A DNA stretch of 34,584 nucleotides from Octopus bimaculoides (lineage: Eukaryota), in contig NC_068982.1 in assembly GCF_001194135.2 (NCBI RefSeq), positions 45,588,904 through 45,623,487 of the forward strand, read 5' to 3'. Position numbers and translations under genes: made by a program. Within the stretch, counting starts at the first letter, position 1; every line of letters starts with the position of its first letter. Shown here piece after piece: positions 20,481 through 31,768 of this stretch. The notes beneath the pieces were generated by a model that had not been told where the DNA came from, ran no database searches, and worked only from the letters and a program-made list of their open reading frames with translations.

Positions 20481-21559
20481 ATGCATCTATGAGTGTGTGC
20501 GTGTGCATAACATAGCCCCCACCCTCACTCTCTGTTTATATATAGTTGCTGTACAGATACTGAATCAACCATTCATACAGAAATAAGCATTCATATTTGT
20601 TCCTCTCTCTCAAGTAAAAGAAACTCTCTTTTCCATAATGATATGTTAATACCGACGAATTGTTGATTCCTTGAGATTGTCGCATATTATCACACACACA
20701 GCATCGTAGCGTCGTTTGTAATTACCTGAGGCTGCTTGTGTCTTTATACTAGAGCGAGAATAATTAGAATGATTATAGTAGATGAAGAATTTATTTTGTA
20801 TGGTATATCTTATCCAAATTTATTGTGGCCCCCTCTTCATATATTTCTCCGACCCTGGTTTTGTTGATGCCTACATACATACATACATACATACACACAT
20901 ACATACATACATACACACATACATACATACACACACGAATATGTATACATACATACATACCTATATACATATATATGCATATATATATATTATTTTGTTT
21001 AAAAGAGTTCCAACACTGTCTGTTTTTTATGTTTTATTTATATTCCTGCAGAACCAATATGGGGTATAGAATATGGAATATACAATATATAATATAATAT
21101 ACAATATATAATATAAAATAAAATAAAATAAAAATGGATGGCACCATGAAATAAAGTATTGAATGTAGATGAAATATTGAGTGTTCAATATAAAGGATCA
21201 AATATATAAATATAAGTATATAAAGGCGACTCGAGTTTCAGGGCTATTTNNNNNNNNNNNNNNNNNNNNNNNNNNNNNNNNNNNNNNNNNNNNNNNNNNN
21301 NNNNNNNNNNNNNNNNNNNNNNNNNNNNNNNNNNNNNNNNNNNNNNNNNNNNNNNNNNNNNNNNNNNNNNNNNNNNNNNNNNNNNNNNNNNNNNNNNNNN
21401 NNNNNNNNNNNNNNNNNNNNNNNNNNNNNNNNNNNNNNNNNNNNNNNNNNNNNNNNNNNNNNNNNNNNNNNNNNNNNNNNNNNNNNNNNNNNNNNNNNNN
21501 NNNNNNNNNNNNNNNNNNNNNNNNNNNNNNNNNNATTTATTTTTACTCGCATATATATG

Positions 21560-21595
21560 TACAGAGATATGCATACATCAATACATACATATATC

Positions 21596-21633
<38 letters not shown>

Positions 21634-21674
21634 CATGCATATATATACATACATACATGCACATATACATACAT

Positions 21675-21731
<57 letters not shown>

Positions 21732-21910
21732 TATATATATACACATACATACATACATATACATACGTACATATATTCATACTCACACGCGCACACACAG
21801 ACACGCACATACATCCATCCATCCATCCATACATACATACATACATACATACATACGTACGTACGTACGTACATACATACATATGCACATGTACATACAC
21901 ACAGACATAT
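21560..21910. repeat. (TA)/(TACA)/(CA)/(CCAT) compound microsatellite
   Basis: Direct reading. Confidence 0.95.
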
Positions 21911-22462
21911 ATTTAAAATATCAAGAATCAAAAAAGACGATAAATGATACGAATAATGTTAACACCCGGAAAAAGTGTAAGGAGAGTAACCCCCCCCCAC
22001 ACAAAAAAAAGAAAAGCCCACAAAAATAAAACAAAAGACAAATAAACAAATTAAAGAACAAAAATAAACAAATAAAAATTTGTAAGAGCAGAATGGAGAG
22101 AAACAGAAGATCGTATGAGGAGAACATGAAATAGTAGAGAGAGCAAAAAAAAAAACAAAACAAAAAGCAGCAAATATTCAAAGATTTAAAAATCAATCAT
22201 TGTTTGACAGTAAAGACATTTTTTTCTCATTGTTTTTTCGGTCTCATTCATTGATTCATTGAAACGTTTATCTTCGTAGAGAAAGAATAAAAGCATAATA
22301 TTTCTACCTATATAGTTGATGCTTAAAAATGTTGTACATCGATGTTACTCTCATTTGACAGAGAAAGAGAAAGGTATGAGCTGTCTTTCTCTCGCAGCCA
22401 CTCAGTCTCTCTGATTCTGTTTTCTGTTTCATCCCACTCTTTCGACAATTCTCACCTTCTCC

Positions 22463-22547
22463 GTCGATCTGTCTGCCTGTCGATCTGTCTGCCTGTCGAT
22501 CTGTGTGCTTGTCGATCTGCCTGTCTGCCTGTCTGCCTGTCGATCTG
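22463..22547. repeat. 16-bp minisatellite (GTCGATCTGTCTGCCT)n, degenerate
   Basis: Five gtcgatctg units spaced mostly 16 bp apart. Confidence 0.85.
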
Positions 22548-22749
22548 TTTCTCTCCCTCATTCTTCCTCTTTCTCCCTCTCTCTTTCTCTATCTTTTCCT
22601 CTCTCTCCCCCCCCTCTCTCTTAAGAATCAATCCTCTCCTCACAAACAATGTCATCTATACCATTCTTCAACATTGAGTATTATTACACCCACTTCCTCT
22701 TTGTATGAGTGAGCTTATTCTACATTTCCTTGCACACTCTGACTAACAT

Positions 22750-22912
22750 ATACACATACACACCTACATACATACATATATACTTACATGTAGAAACATG
22801 CAAACACACACACACATATATATATTTATGCATGCATGTATATGTATATATGTAAATCTATATTATATGTGTATATGAGTGTGAGTATATGTTTACACAC
22901 ACAAGAGAAAAC

Positions 22913-22959
<47 letters not shown>

Positions 22960-23154
22960 CATGCATATATATACATATATATATAACTATACACACACAC
23001 ACACATATATATATACGTACATATAGAGAAACACACACAAACATATACGTACAGGTACTTGTGTAAGTATCTGGGTATATGTATAAATGTACGCACAGAC
23101 ATAAATACATGTGTGCATAATGTGTGTGTGTGTATGTGTGTATGTGTATATCTA

Positions 23155-23213
<59 letters not shown>

Positions 23214-23288
23214 ATGCACGCAAACACAAATATGAGTAGGTATATATGGACATATGTTTATATCTGTGTGTTTATATATAAATATATG

Positions 23289-23332
<44 letters not shown>

Positions 23333-23370
23333 TGAGAGAGAGAGAGAGAGAGAGATAGAGAGAGAGAGTG
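22750..23370. repeat. (TA)/(CA)/(TATC)/(TG)/(AG) microsatellite cluster
   Basis: Direct reading. Confidence 0.93.
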
Positions 23371-24282
23371 CGTATGTGTTTGGAGCCTATTTGTATGGAC
23401 AACGAGATAACTTTTGATTCATCTTAATGTATATCCATACATCTGTTTTATTAACCATTACGTTTGTTCTCATCGTCTACGTACACGCACGCGCATACAC
23501 GTGCATCTGTCCTCCTCATATACCCTCTCTCTCATACCATTTACAACTTCACTCCCCCTCTCTCTTTTTCTCATATCGTTCACAACTTCACCCCTCTCCC
23601 TCTCTTACAGTTTCTTATTTTTCCCGTTTTCCTCCCCAACCTCTCCTTCACTTCATCTCTGTGTTTTTTTTTTTTTACTCCCTCTTTTCTCTCGTTTATT
23701 TATCAAACGTTTCTCTTCTCTGATCTGATCATTCCCTTTTCCTTTCCACGAAAGACTTCTCTCAGAAATCGACGTTGCTGAGACCAAGAATTTACCTATA
23801 ATTTCATGATATTTTTTTTTTACGGTTTGTTTTGTATCTTTTTGCTTTACGTTGCTTCAATTCTTTGAACTTTGGCGATTTCGGATTCATTCGAAAGATA
23901 TTCCCATTACCGCTCCACTCCTGCGGATAAACGCCAGGATTCTTCTGTAAGTTAGAAATAGAAAACTTCTTTTTATTTTATGTTTTTAAAGATAGATGTT
24001 AAAAAAGCAGTTTATTTATTTATTTATTGTTGGAATTGTTTCGTTTCGTTTGATTTCTATTTTTAGAGATATTAGAACACATCTTCAGCTTGATGAATGA
24101 TCAAATAAATTGTATTTCTACCACACCTAGTGTATCCCCCACTCTCTACCTCCCACTCTCTCTTACTGCATCCCTCCCCCTCTGTCTATCTCTCTGTCTG
24201 TCTGTCGTTCTCTCTCTCATCAACATTGGAAAGTCTTCGCACTTGGAGAAATTGAACAAAGTCGGCTTTGTCGAAAATCAAA

Positions 24283-24308
24283 GATGATGATGATAATGTC
24301 GATGATAG

Positions 24309-24340
<32 letters not shown>

Positions 24341-24577
24341 TTGACGCCGACAACGACGATGATAATAAAGGTTGTTGTGTTGATGAAGACGATAGCGATG
24401 GTGCTGGTGATGACGATGATGATAAAGACGGGGATGGCTGTTGTTGTTGTTGTTGTTGGTGGTGGCGGTGGTTTCGGTGGTGGTAATGGTGATGACGATG
24501 ATGATGATGATGATTAAAATAAGAACAACAAAGGCATAAACAACGTCAACCACGTCAATGTAAACTGAAACTCTTAT

Positions 24578-24622
<45 letters not shown>

Positions 24623-24633
24623 AGCAACAACAA
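24283..24633. repeat. (GAT)n/(GTT)n/(GGT)n trinucleotide array, then (CAA)n
   Basis: Direct reading; source of the poly-D/M/C ORFs. Confidence 0.95.
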
Positions 24634-24952
24634 CAGAAATAACACGGTACGAACAGCAAACCTAACAACGAAAACAACATCTGTATCATAAGTAAAGTAG
24701 CATCAGTAGCAAAAGAGACTTTGAAAAAATCTCTCATTCCTTTCTTCAGAAGAATCCAATGAAAAAAAAAAAAACATAACAAAATAAATAAATAAATAAA
24801 TAAATATATAGTAAATAATTTAAATAATTAAAACATTGTACTGTTAATGACTGTTTCATTGGATTTTGAATGATTGTAATTTTCTGTAGACAAAGGTGTG
24901 GCATGGACGAAAGGTGGTGGCAGTAACATACAAACAGCAGTTAAGATAACAG

Positions 24953-24984
<32 letters not shown>

Positions 24985-25039
24985 CCACCACCACCACCAC
25001 CATCACCATCATCATCATCATCATCATCACTATCACCAT

Positions 25040-25091
<52 letters not shown>

Positions 25092-25094
25092 GTC

Positions 25095-25126
<32 letters not shown>

Positions 25127-25149
25127 CATCACCATCATCATCATCACCG

Positions 25150-25191
<42 letters not shown>

Positions 25192-25205
25192 ACGTCATCA
25201 TCATC
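24953..25205. repeat. (CAT)n/(CAC)n trinucleotide array
   Basis: Direct reading; source of the poly-S/D/M ORFs. Confidence 0.97.
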
Positions 25206-25282
25206 TGTATCACGAAGAACAGCAAGAATAGCAAAAAGCACGAATAGCAAGTAGAACATCATGGACATCATTACCAAATGGG

Positions 25283-25486
25283 ATAATCCTTTATTACTAT
25301 GGGAACAAGACATGAAATTTGGAGAGGATGGGCTCGTCGATTACATCGCCCCCCCATGCTTGACTACTACTTATTTTATCGACCCTGAAAAGATGAAAGG
25401 CAAAGTCAACCTCGGCGGAATTTGAGCTGATAACGTAAAAATAACGGACGAAATGCCGTTAAGTATTTTGTCCAGCTCATTCCCTT
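25283..25486 (-). mobile_element. SINE family A, diverged, with a short deletion in the head
   Basis: Reverse complement of gagctgg|acaaaatacttaacggcatttcgtccg...aaattccgccgaggttgactttgcctttcatcttttcagggtcgataaaataagtagtag...aaaggattat. Confidence 0.85.
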
Positions 25487-25951
25487 TCTCAACAAAAATA
25501 AGAACAACAGAAACAAATATGAAAATAGTAGTTGAAAAATATCGTTATAGGTATAGATATACCACAAACAATTATAGAAAAATGGAGGAGAAAAAAATTA
25601 GATTTAATACAAAATAGGATTCAATACATACGCGCGTTTCAAAGGACAATACAAATATGTAAGAAAAACATTATAATCATACTAATTATAATTAAATTTA
25701 TGCATTGTCATTTTCATCAGTGTGAGGAATTTTTGTAAGGGCATCAAGAAAGGTTTAATAAAATAAAGTAAATTAAAATAAAATACAATGAGGGAGAATG
25801 CAAATAGGGTAATAGGGAAAAAATCGGATATTTACAAGCAAGTTGTAAAAAGGAAAAAATAACAGTAATAATAATAGTAAGAGAGACGAAACAGTAAGAA
25901 AGGTAGACATATCAATGTGTATGCATATCTATAAAAATAATAGATATGTTG

Positions 25952-26055
25952 AAAAAAATGGCAACAGGTCGAGACAGAGTATAATAAAAAAAATGGTAAC
26001 AGGTCGAGACAAAGTAGAATTAAAAAAATGGTAACAGGTCGAGACAAAGTAGAAT
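25952..26055. repeat. ~35-bp minisatellite, 3 copies
   Basis: aaaaaaatggtaacaggtcgagacaaagtagaat x3, directly adjacent with no spacers. Confidence 0.92.
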
Positions 26056-26898
26056 ATAACTTAACAGGTGGACTAGTAGAAAAAAAACATAGAGAGTTAT
26101 GCATATACATGTATACATATTAATAGTGAAACGAAAAAATATATATGTATTTTACACGAGGCTAAAAATGATAGGCAAGACTATGTTTGAAAAAGTTAAG
26201 TAAAATTATTTAAGTAAAAATGTACATACAAGCAGAGAAAAAAACCCAAAGAAAACTTAACAAGGAAGAAAGGAAAAAAACATCGATCACAGACAAGACC
26301 GGCCGGTGTATCCAAGATGGTTACCTTACTCAAAAACTAGCCCGGGGCGGGAGAGACAATCAGAAAAAGTAGGAACAAGAAAAATGAATATATGAAGGAG
26401 AAAATTATTATAAAATTACAAGTGATAGAAAAAACGTATACACTTAACGCATAAGGATATACAGTCATGCACATATACATACATCCACAGATACACACAC
26501 ACACACATGTATGAGATCGGAAGAGCANNNNNNNNNNNNNNNNNNNNNNNNNNNNNNNNNNNNNNNNNNNNNNNNNNNNNNNNNNNNNNNNNNNNNNNNN
26601 NNNNNNNNNNNNNNNNNNNNNNNNNNNNNNNNNNNNNNNNNNNNNNNNNNNNNNNNNNNNNNNNNNNNNNNNNNNNNNNNNNNNNNNNNNNNNNNNNNNN
26701 NNNNNNNNNNNNNNNNNNNNNNNNNNNNNNNNNNNNNNNNNNNNNNNNNNNNNNNNNNNNNNNNNNNNNNNNNNNNNNNNNNNNNNNNNNNNNNNNNNNN
26801 NNNNNNNNNNNNNNNNNNNNNNNNNNNNNNNNNNNNNNNNNNNNNNNNNNNNNNNNNNNNNNNNNNNNNNNNNNNNNNNNNNNNNNNNNNNNNNNNNN

Positions 26899-26926
<28 letters not shown>

Positions 26927-26929
<3 letters not shown>

Positions 26930-27100
26930 TCAGTCATTGGTGTGCAGGCATGCTGGGGCGCCGCTTTGAGATGCAGAGTCAAGAAAATCGATCGCAGTAC
27001 TTATTCTACTGGTTACTTTTGCTGAATTCCTAAATTACGAGGACGTAAACAAACCAACACCGATTGTCAAGCGGAGCGGAAACAATCGCAAGCACAAAGA
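26927..27100 (-). mobile_element. SINE family C, 3' half
   Basis: gtttcagtcatt...gcatgctggggcgccgcttt...agtacttattcta...aaattacgaggacgtaaacaaaccaacaccgattgtcaagcgg is the reverse complement of 31810-31975. Confidence 0.8.
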
Positions 27101-27151
27101 AATACCCACAAATATCTGCATATACATATATATGTATATGCATATATACGT

Positions 27152-27186
<35 letters not shown>

Positions 27187-27397
27187 TATGTAACTATATA
27201 TGTATATGTATATATTTGTATATATGAGCATATATGCGTATATATATATATGTGTGTGTATTTGTATCTATATGTATGTGTGTGCGTATGAATATATNNN
27301 NNNNNNNNNNNNNNNNNNNNNNNNNNNNNNNNNNNNNNNNNNNNNNNNNNNNNNNNNNNNNNNNNNNNNNNNNNNNNNNNNNNNNNNNNNNNNNNNN

Positions 27398-28183
27398 GTT
27401 GGAGGAGGGTGAAATCTTAACCTCACCACCCTCCTCTTTCATTCTGCCGAACAGCTCTCCGAACTTCTCTTTTGGGATTTCAATGTTTTCAGTTGCCACC
27501 GCGGCAACTGCAACGTACCTCCTCAACGGTTGTTCGTTCCTCTCTTCAATAGGACGATCTTTTTACGCAATTTCCTCTGATATACTCGGCTGGAATCAGT
27601 ATTATGCACGAAAAAATATTTCCTCAAAACGGAAATCTATAATTCTCTCTTTTTTTTTTGTAAATATTTTTGTTGTAGATATTTTTCCGCTAAAGAGGAC
27701 AACAGTTCAAATCCCGCCCCTGCCGGAGGGCGGGGCACGACTATAGAGCCTACAACGGCTTAAACAACGTTCAATTTTTTTCCACAACAAGGTCAGCAAA
27801 TTGCCAAAATGGCCTCACAAAAATCAAATTTTCTGTCTCCCGGTGCCGGGAGACAGCACAGTTCAAAAGAGATCACAGTGTAATAGGAGAACAGTCAACA
27901 ACAGTTCAACAAATAACAATTCCAAAAATATTAACAATTTCAACAAATATTTCAACAAATATTAAACAATTCTCACCGACAAACGGCAATTCCTGTCTCC
28001 CATAACCGGGAGACAGCATAAAAATGTTCGAAATTCAACAATTCAATAGTGTTCAACAATTCAACAATGTCCAACAACGATAAACAGTTAATAAATCCGA
28101 CGAAAACAATCAATCTTCCAACAAAACGTCCGACTCACCACAAACAAAAACCCGTCCAACAAAGAGACCGGTAAGCAAGCTAC
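27398..28183 (-). mobile_element. Probable 5' UTR and start of ORF1 of a non-LTR (L1/Tx1-like) element, running into a gap
   Basis: A TTG-rich UTR with GC hairpins, then an open frame ...ERNEQPLRRYVAVAAVATENIEIPKEKFGELFGRMKEEGGEVKISPSS. The YxAVAA motif recalls L1/Tx1 ORF1 N-termini, and it directly follows a Tx1 3' end. Family assignment is inferred. Confidence 0.5.
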
Positions 28184-28978
28184 TTTATTTCATAAAATTT
28201 GCCATGAAGGCATTACAAAGGGGACGAACAAAGACAGACAAACGTAAAAGGTGTAGTAGCTGCTATAACGTTTAAAAATGTATGATGATAAATTTATGAT
28301 ACAAGTAAAAATTACAAATTACAATTTACAAATTACAAATTGCTAATTACCAATTACATGATAACACGTTACTCATTGCGATTTGCAATGACTTCCCTGA
28401 AGGAAAGGCATCCGACCACCAGGGTAGAGTCCTTGCTTTCTCTTTCCTTTTCATTTTTTGGACTCCACTTACCTGGTGTCAATCGCTCCCAGCTTCCTTG
28501 CCACAGGCTCCCATCTTTTCATGAATCTATCTCGTGACAGGTACCTCTTCTCCAGCCTGATCTTACTACTGAAGTGGTAATTAAAAAAGTTAACTAACTC
28601 CTGGCCGGATACAAAGTACCCGTCACTATGCCTCTTACACGCGTCTTCCATACTGTTTCTTTCAGTATGGCTACTACGCAGAAAAAAAGCAATCCTTCCT
28701 TTCCCTGTTAAGGGAAGGAGGATGCACAATCTCGATGATAGACTCAGCTGATAGCTGTACTCTTCCCATCGATGACAACAGTTGTTCTGTGAAAACTATC
28801 AGTCCCGTTAATTCCGTATATTCCACAAATGTGTGCAAGATGGTTTCCCTGTCCTGCCCACACCTCGGACATGTCGGCGAGACGGCACTTCCGTGCCTTG
28901 ACAGGTTATCACGAACAAGTAACGCCGCACGGAAGCACTGCTAAGCCAGGGATTTCTGGTAATTGTCCAGATACCGCT
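28184..28978 (-). mobile_element. L1/Tx1-clade LINE, 5'-truncated: ORF2 C-terminus (zf-RVT) plus 3' UTR
   Basis: YLDNYQKSLA*QCFRAALLVRDNLSRHGSAVSPTCPRCGQDRETILHTFVEY...; after a frameshift, VVAILKETVWKTRVRG...FNYHFSSKIRLEKRYLSRDRFMKRWEPVARKLGAIDTR* (stop at 28469). CPRC..ETILH is the L1/Tx1 CCHC knuckle. AATAAA lies at 28189-28184. Confidence 0.88.
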
Positions 28979-29483
28979 GTGAGGGAGGTTGGTTGGGAGG
29001 GGGGAGGCTCTGGGCTAGTCTGTCATGGTTCAGTGGTTTTTGGGACTGGTCTTAAAGGTCAGAATGGTGTGAGTGTGTATCTCTGTGCACGTCTCTGCAC
29101 ACATAACATCCCCACCAAAACAAAACACACAAACATACACACGCATACACAGACGCACACACACACTCACGCAAACAAATACATCCACAAACATGCGCAC
29201 ACACAACACCCTGACAAATACTAATCACACACATACACACACACAAAACGTGCACACATATACTCACCATTCTACCAAATATAAAACACAAGTACATGTA
29301 CACACACACACACACACACACACATACACACACATAGGGACGTGCACAGAGACATACAAACTCACACCATTCTGACCTCTAAGACCAGTCCCAAAAACCA
29401 CTGAACCATGACAGACTAGCCCAAAAACAAAAAAAATCCCTTGAATTCCACATTGCTCTACCTCCCCCAACCAACCTCCCACA
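28978..29483. repeat. Foldback inverted repeat (core arms 29011-29093 and 29339-29423, outer arms ~20 bp) around an AC-rich spacer
   Basis: tgggctagtctgtcatggttcagtggtttttgggactggtcttaaaggtcagaatggtgtgagtgtgtatctctgtgcacgtc differs from the reverse complement of the right arm by 2 substitutions and one 2-nt indel. Confidence 0.92.
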
Positions 29484-30103
29484 CTGTCCCTTAAGATAGC
29501 AAACATTCCTTAGCTACACCGAAGAGAAAATGTCCGAAAGGTCAGTTATCCCTCTACAAATTTTTGTAAATTCTTAAATATATCTCCTCCTGTGTATATA
29601 TATGCTACCACACTAGCATGATTTTTATTGAACTCTACTTTTTGGAGTCACGTTTTGATTACTTTCTCAAATACTTTCTTGTAAACTGTTTTTAACATTT
29701 TCTTCTTCTTATTATTATTATCAAAGAATGTATTTCTGTTTTTTTAATACTTTTGTGATAACCAGTACTTAACACAACAACGCACATATAAAGCTTTACA
29801 TTTTACTTTTGACAATCTTTTTCTAAAAAAGTGAAACTGGTCAAGTGAATAAACATCTCTAAAATTGCATTTTCAAACCTTCTTTCATATATATATATAT
29901 ATATANNNNNNNNNNNNNNNNNNNNNNNNNNNNNNNNNNNNNNNNNNNNNNNNNNNNNNNNNNNNNNNNNNNNNNNNNNNNNNNNNNNNNNNNNNNNNNN
30001 NNNNNNNNNNNNNNNNNNNNNNNNNNNNNNNNNNNNNNNNNNNNNNNNNNNNNNNNNNNNNNNNNNNNNNNNNNTATATATATATATATATATATATATT
30101 ATT

Positions 30104-30448
30104 GGGGGCGCAATAGCGCAGTGGTTAGGGCAGTGGACTCGCGGTCATAGGATCGCGGTTTCGATTCCCAGACCGGGCGTTGTGAGTGTTTATTGAGCGA
30201 AAACACCTAAAGCTCCACGAGGCTCCGGCAGGGGATGGTGGCGGACCCTGCTGTGCTCTTTCACCACAACCTTCTCTCACTCTTACTTCCTGTTTCTGTT
30301 GTGCTTGTAATTCAAAGGGTCAGCCTTGTCACACTGTGTCACTCTGAATATCCCCGAGAACTACGTTAATTTCACGAGCAGTCTGTTCCGTTGATCGGAT
30401 CAACTGGAACCCTCAACGTCGTAAGCGACGGAGTGCCAACAACAACAA
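30104..30448 (+). mobile_element. tRNA-derived SINE, family B, full length with a (CAA)n tail
   Basis: tRNA-like head GGGGGCGCAATAGCGCAGTGGTTAGGGC (A-box) and GGTTTCGATTCCC (B-box), a ~270 bp body, and tail gagtgccaacaacaacaa. Confidence 0.88.
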
Positions 30449-30449
30449 T

Positions 30450-30722
30450 TAATATGTATATAAATATATATATGTATATACATACATATGTATGTATATA
30501 TATAGTGCATTACATGTATGTATATGTGTGAGTGTGTGTATATGTATATATTGACATATATACATACATAAATACACTTACATACATTATACATTGAACT
30601 CGCCAACGCATAATTCCTTGATATTCACACGAACATACACGTACATATATACATGACACATATACATATGTACATGTATACACACACACACATATGTATT
30701 CAGATATACATATATGAATATG

Positions 30723-30766
<44 letters not shown>

Positions 30767-30919
30767 TATACATTATGGAAATCTTCATTTATCTATACAA
30801 ATATATATTATGTATATATATCCATGTATATTTTTATATACAGTATATGCATACATAAGTATATGTATGTATGTATGTATGTATGTGTGTATGAATGCAT
30901 GTATGTATGTATATATATG

Positions 30920-30950
<31 letters not shown>

Positions 30951-30985
30951 ATGTATGTATGCATGTATGTGCGTGTGTGTGTTTC
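30450..30985. repeat. (TA)/(TATG)/(TG) compound microsatellites
   Basis: Direct reading. Confidence 0.93.
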
Positions 30986-31284
30986 TATATTTGAGAATCC
31001 AAATATGAAGAAAGTTAGCAATTACTTTAAGGGAAATACCTCGAGGAAGTATTCTATACACTACATACAACAATAGTAAAATCTCATATATCTAATATTG
31101 TGAGTTGAATATCTTTGATTAACTGAGATTATGCACGAAATTAATAGACAAAAGATCCTCAAATATGATATTTGAAATACAAAACCAATAGCCAGAGGAA
31201 ATCAGTCCAATAAAATCATTTATTTTGGTATTTGTGGGAGCAACTGCCTTCGAAGACTCAAATTATCGCTCAATGCTCGAAATG

Positions 31285-31452
31285 AGGAGTAGATAGGCAG
31301 CCGACAACTGCTGAAGGGTCGTTCTTTACGTTACTTGTCCTGTTTTCCATTTGTTTCTCTCGTTGTTTGCGTATTCAACTCATTTGTTTTCGTATTTGAT
31401 GTTGTTTACTATTTGTGACATCCTGTACCCATAAATGCATATATATATATAT
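31285..31452 (+). repeat. Interspersed repeat family D, related to 20215-20480
   Basis: Shared start (gagtagat..gacaactg.tga.ggg..ttcttta.gtt) and shared end (cctg.acccata.atgcat-(AT)n). Confidence 0.6.
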
Positions 31453-31553
31453 ANNNNNNNNNNNNNNNNNNNNNNNNNNNNNNNNNNNNNNNNNNNNNNN
31501 NNNNNNNNNNNNNNNNNNNNNNNNNNNNNNNNNNNNNNNNNNNNNNNNNNNNN

Positions 31554-31688
31554 CTTGCTTACCAACCACATGGTTCTGGGTTCAGTCCCACTGCGTGGCA
31601 CCTTGGGCAAGTGTCTTCTACTATAGCCTCGGACCGACCAAAAACTTGTGAGTGGATTTGGTAGACGGAAACTGAATGAAGCCTGTCG

Positions 31689-31768
<80 letters not shown>

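Noticed and set aside
22362-22373. 12-nt plus-strand microexon (tttgacAG|AGAAAGAGAAAG|GTATGA)
   Set aside because: The signals are plausible, but it sits in AG-rich low-complexity sequence and no other plus-strand exon supports it.
24268-25313. Poly-Asp/Ser/Met/Cys ORFs resembling acidic shell or biomineral proteins
   Set aside because: They are pure GAT/CAT arrays open in most frames on both strands, with no codon variation pattern or convincing splice context.
25952-26055. 35-bp repeats as a CRISPR array
   Set aside because: The units are contiguous with no unique spacers, the context is eukaryotic, and there are no cas genes.
28467-28476. U1 snRNA fragment as the Tx1 target (ACTTACCTGG)
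   Set aside because: Only 10 nt match, the flanks do not continue as U1, and the site is inside the element's own coding end.
30104-30178. tRNA gene
   Set aside because: It has A/B boxes but no closing acceptor stem, and continues into a SINE body with a (CAA)n tail. The same applies to the family A heads.
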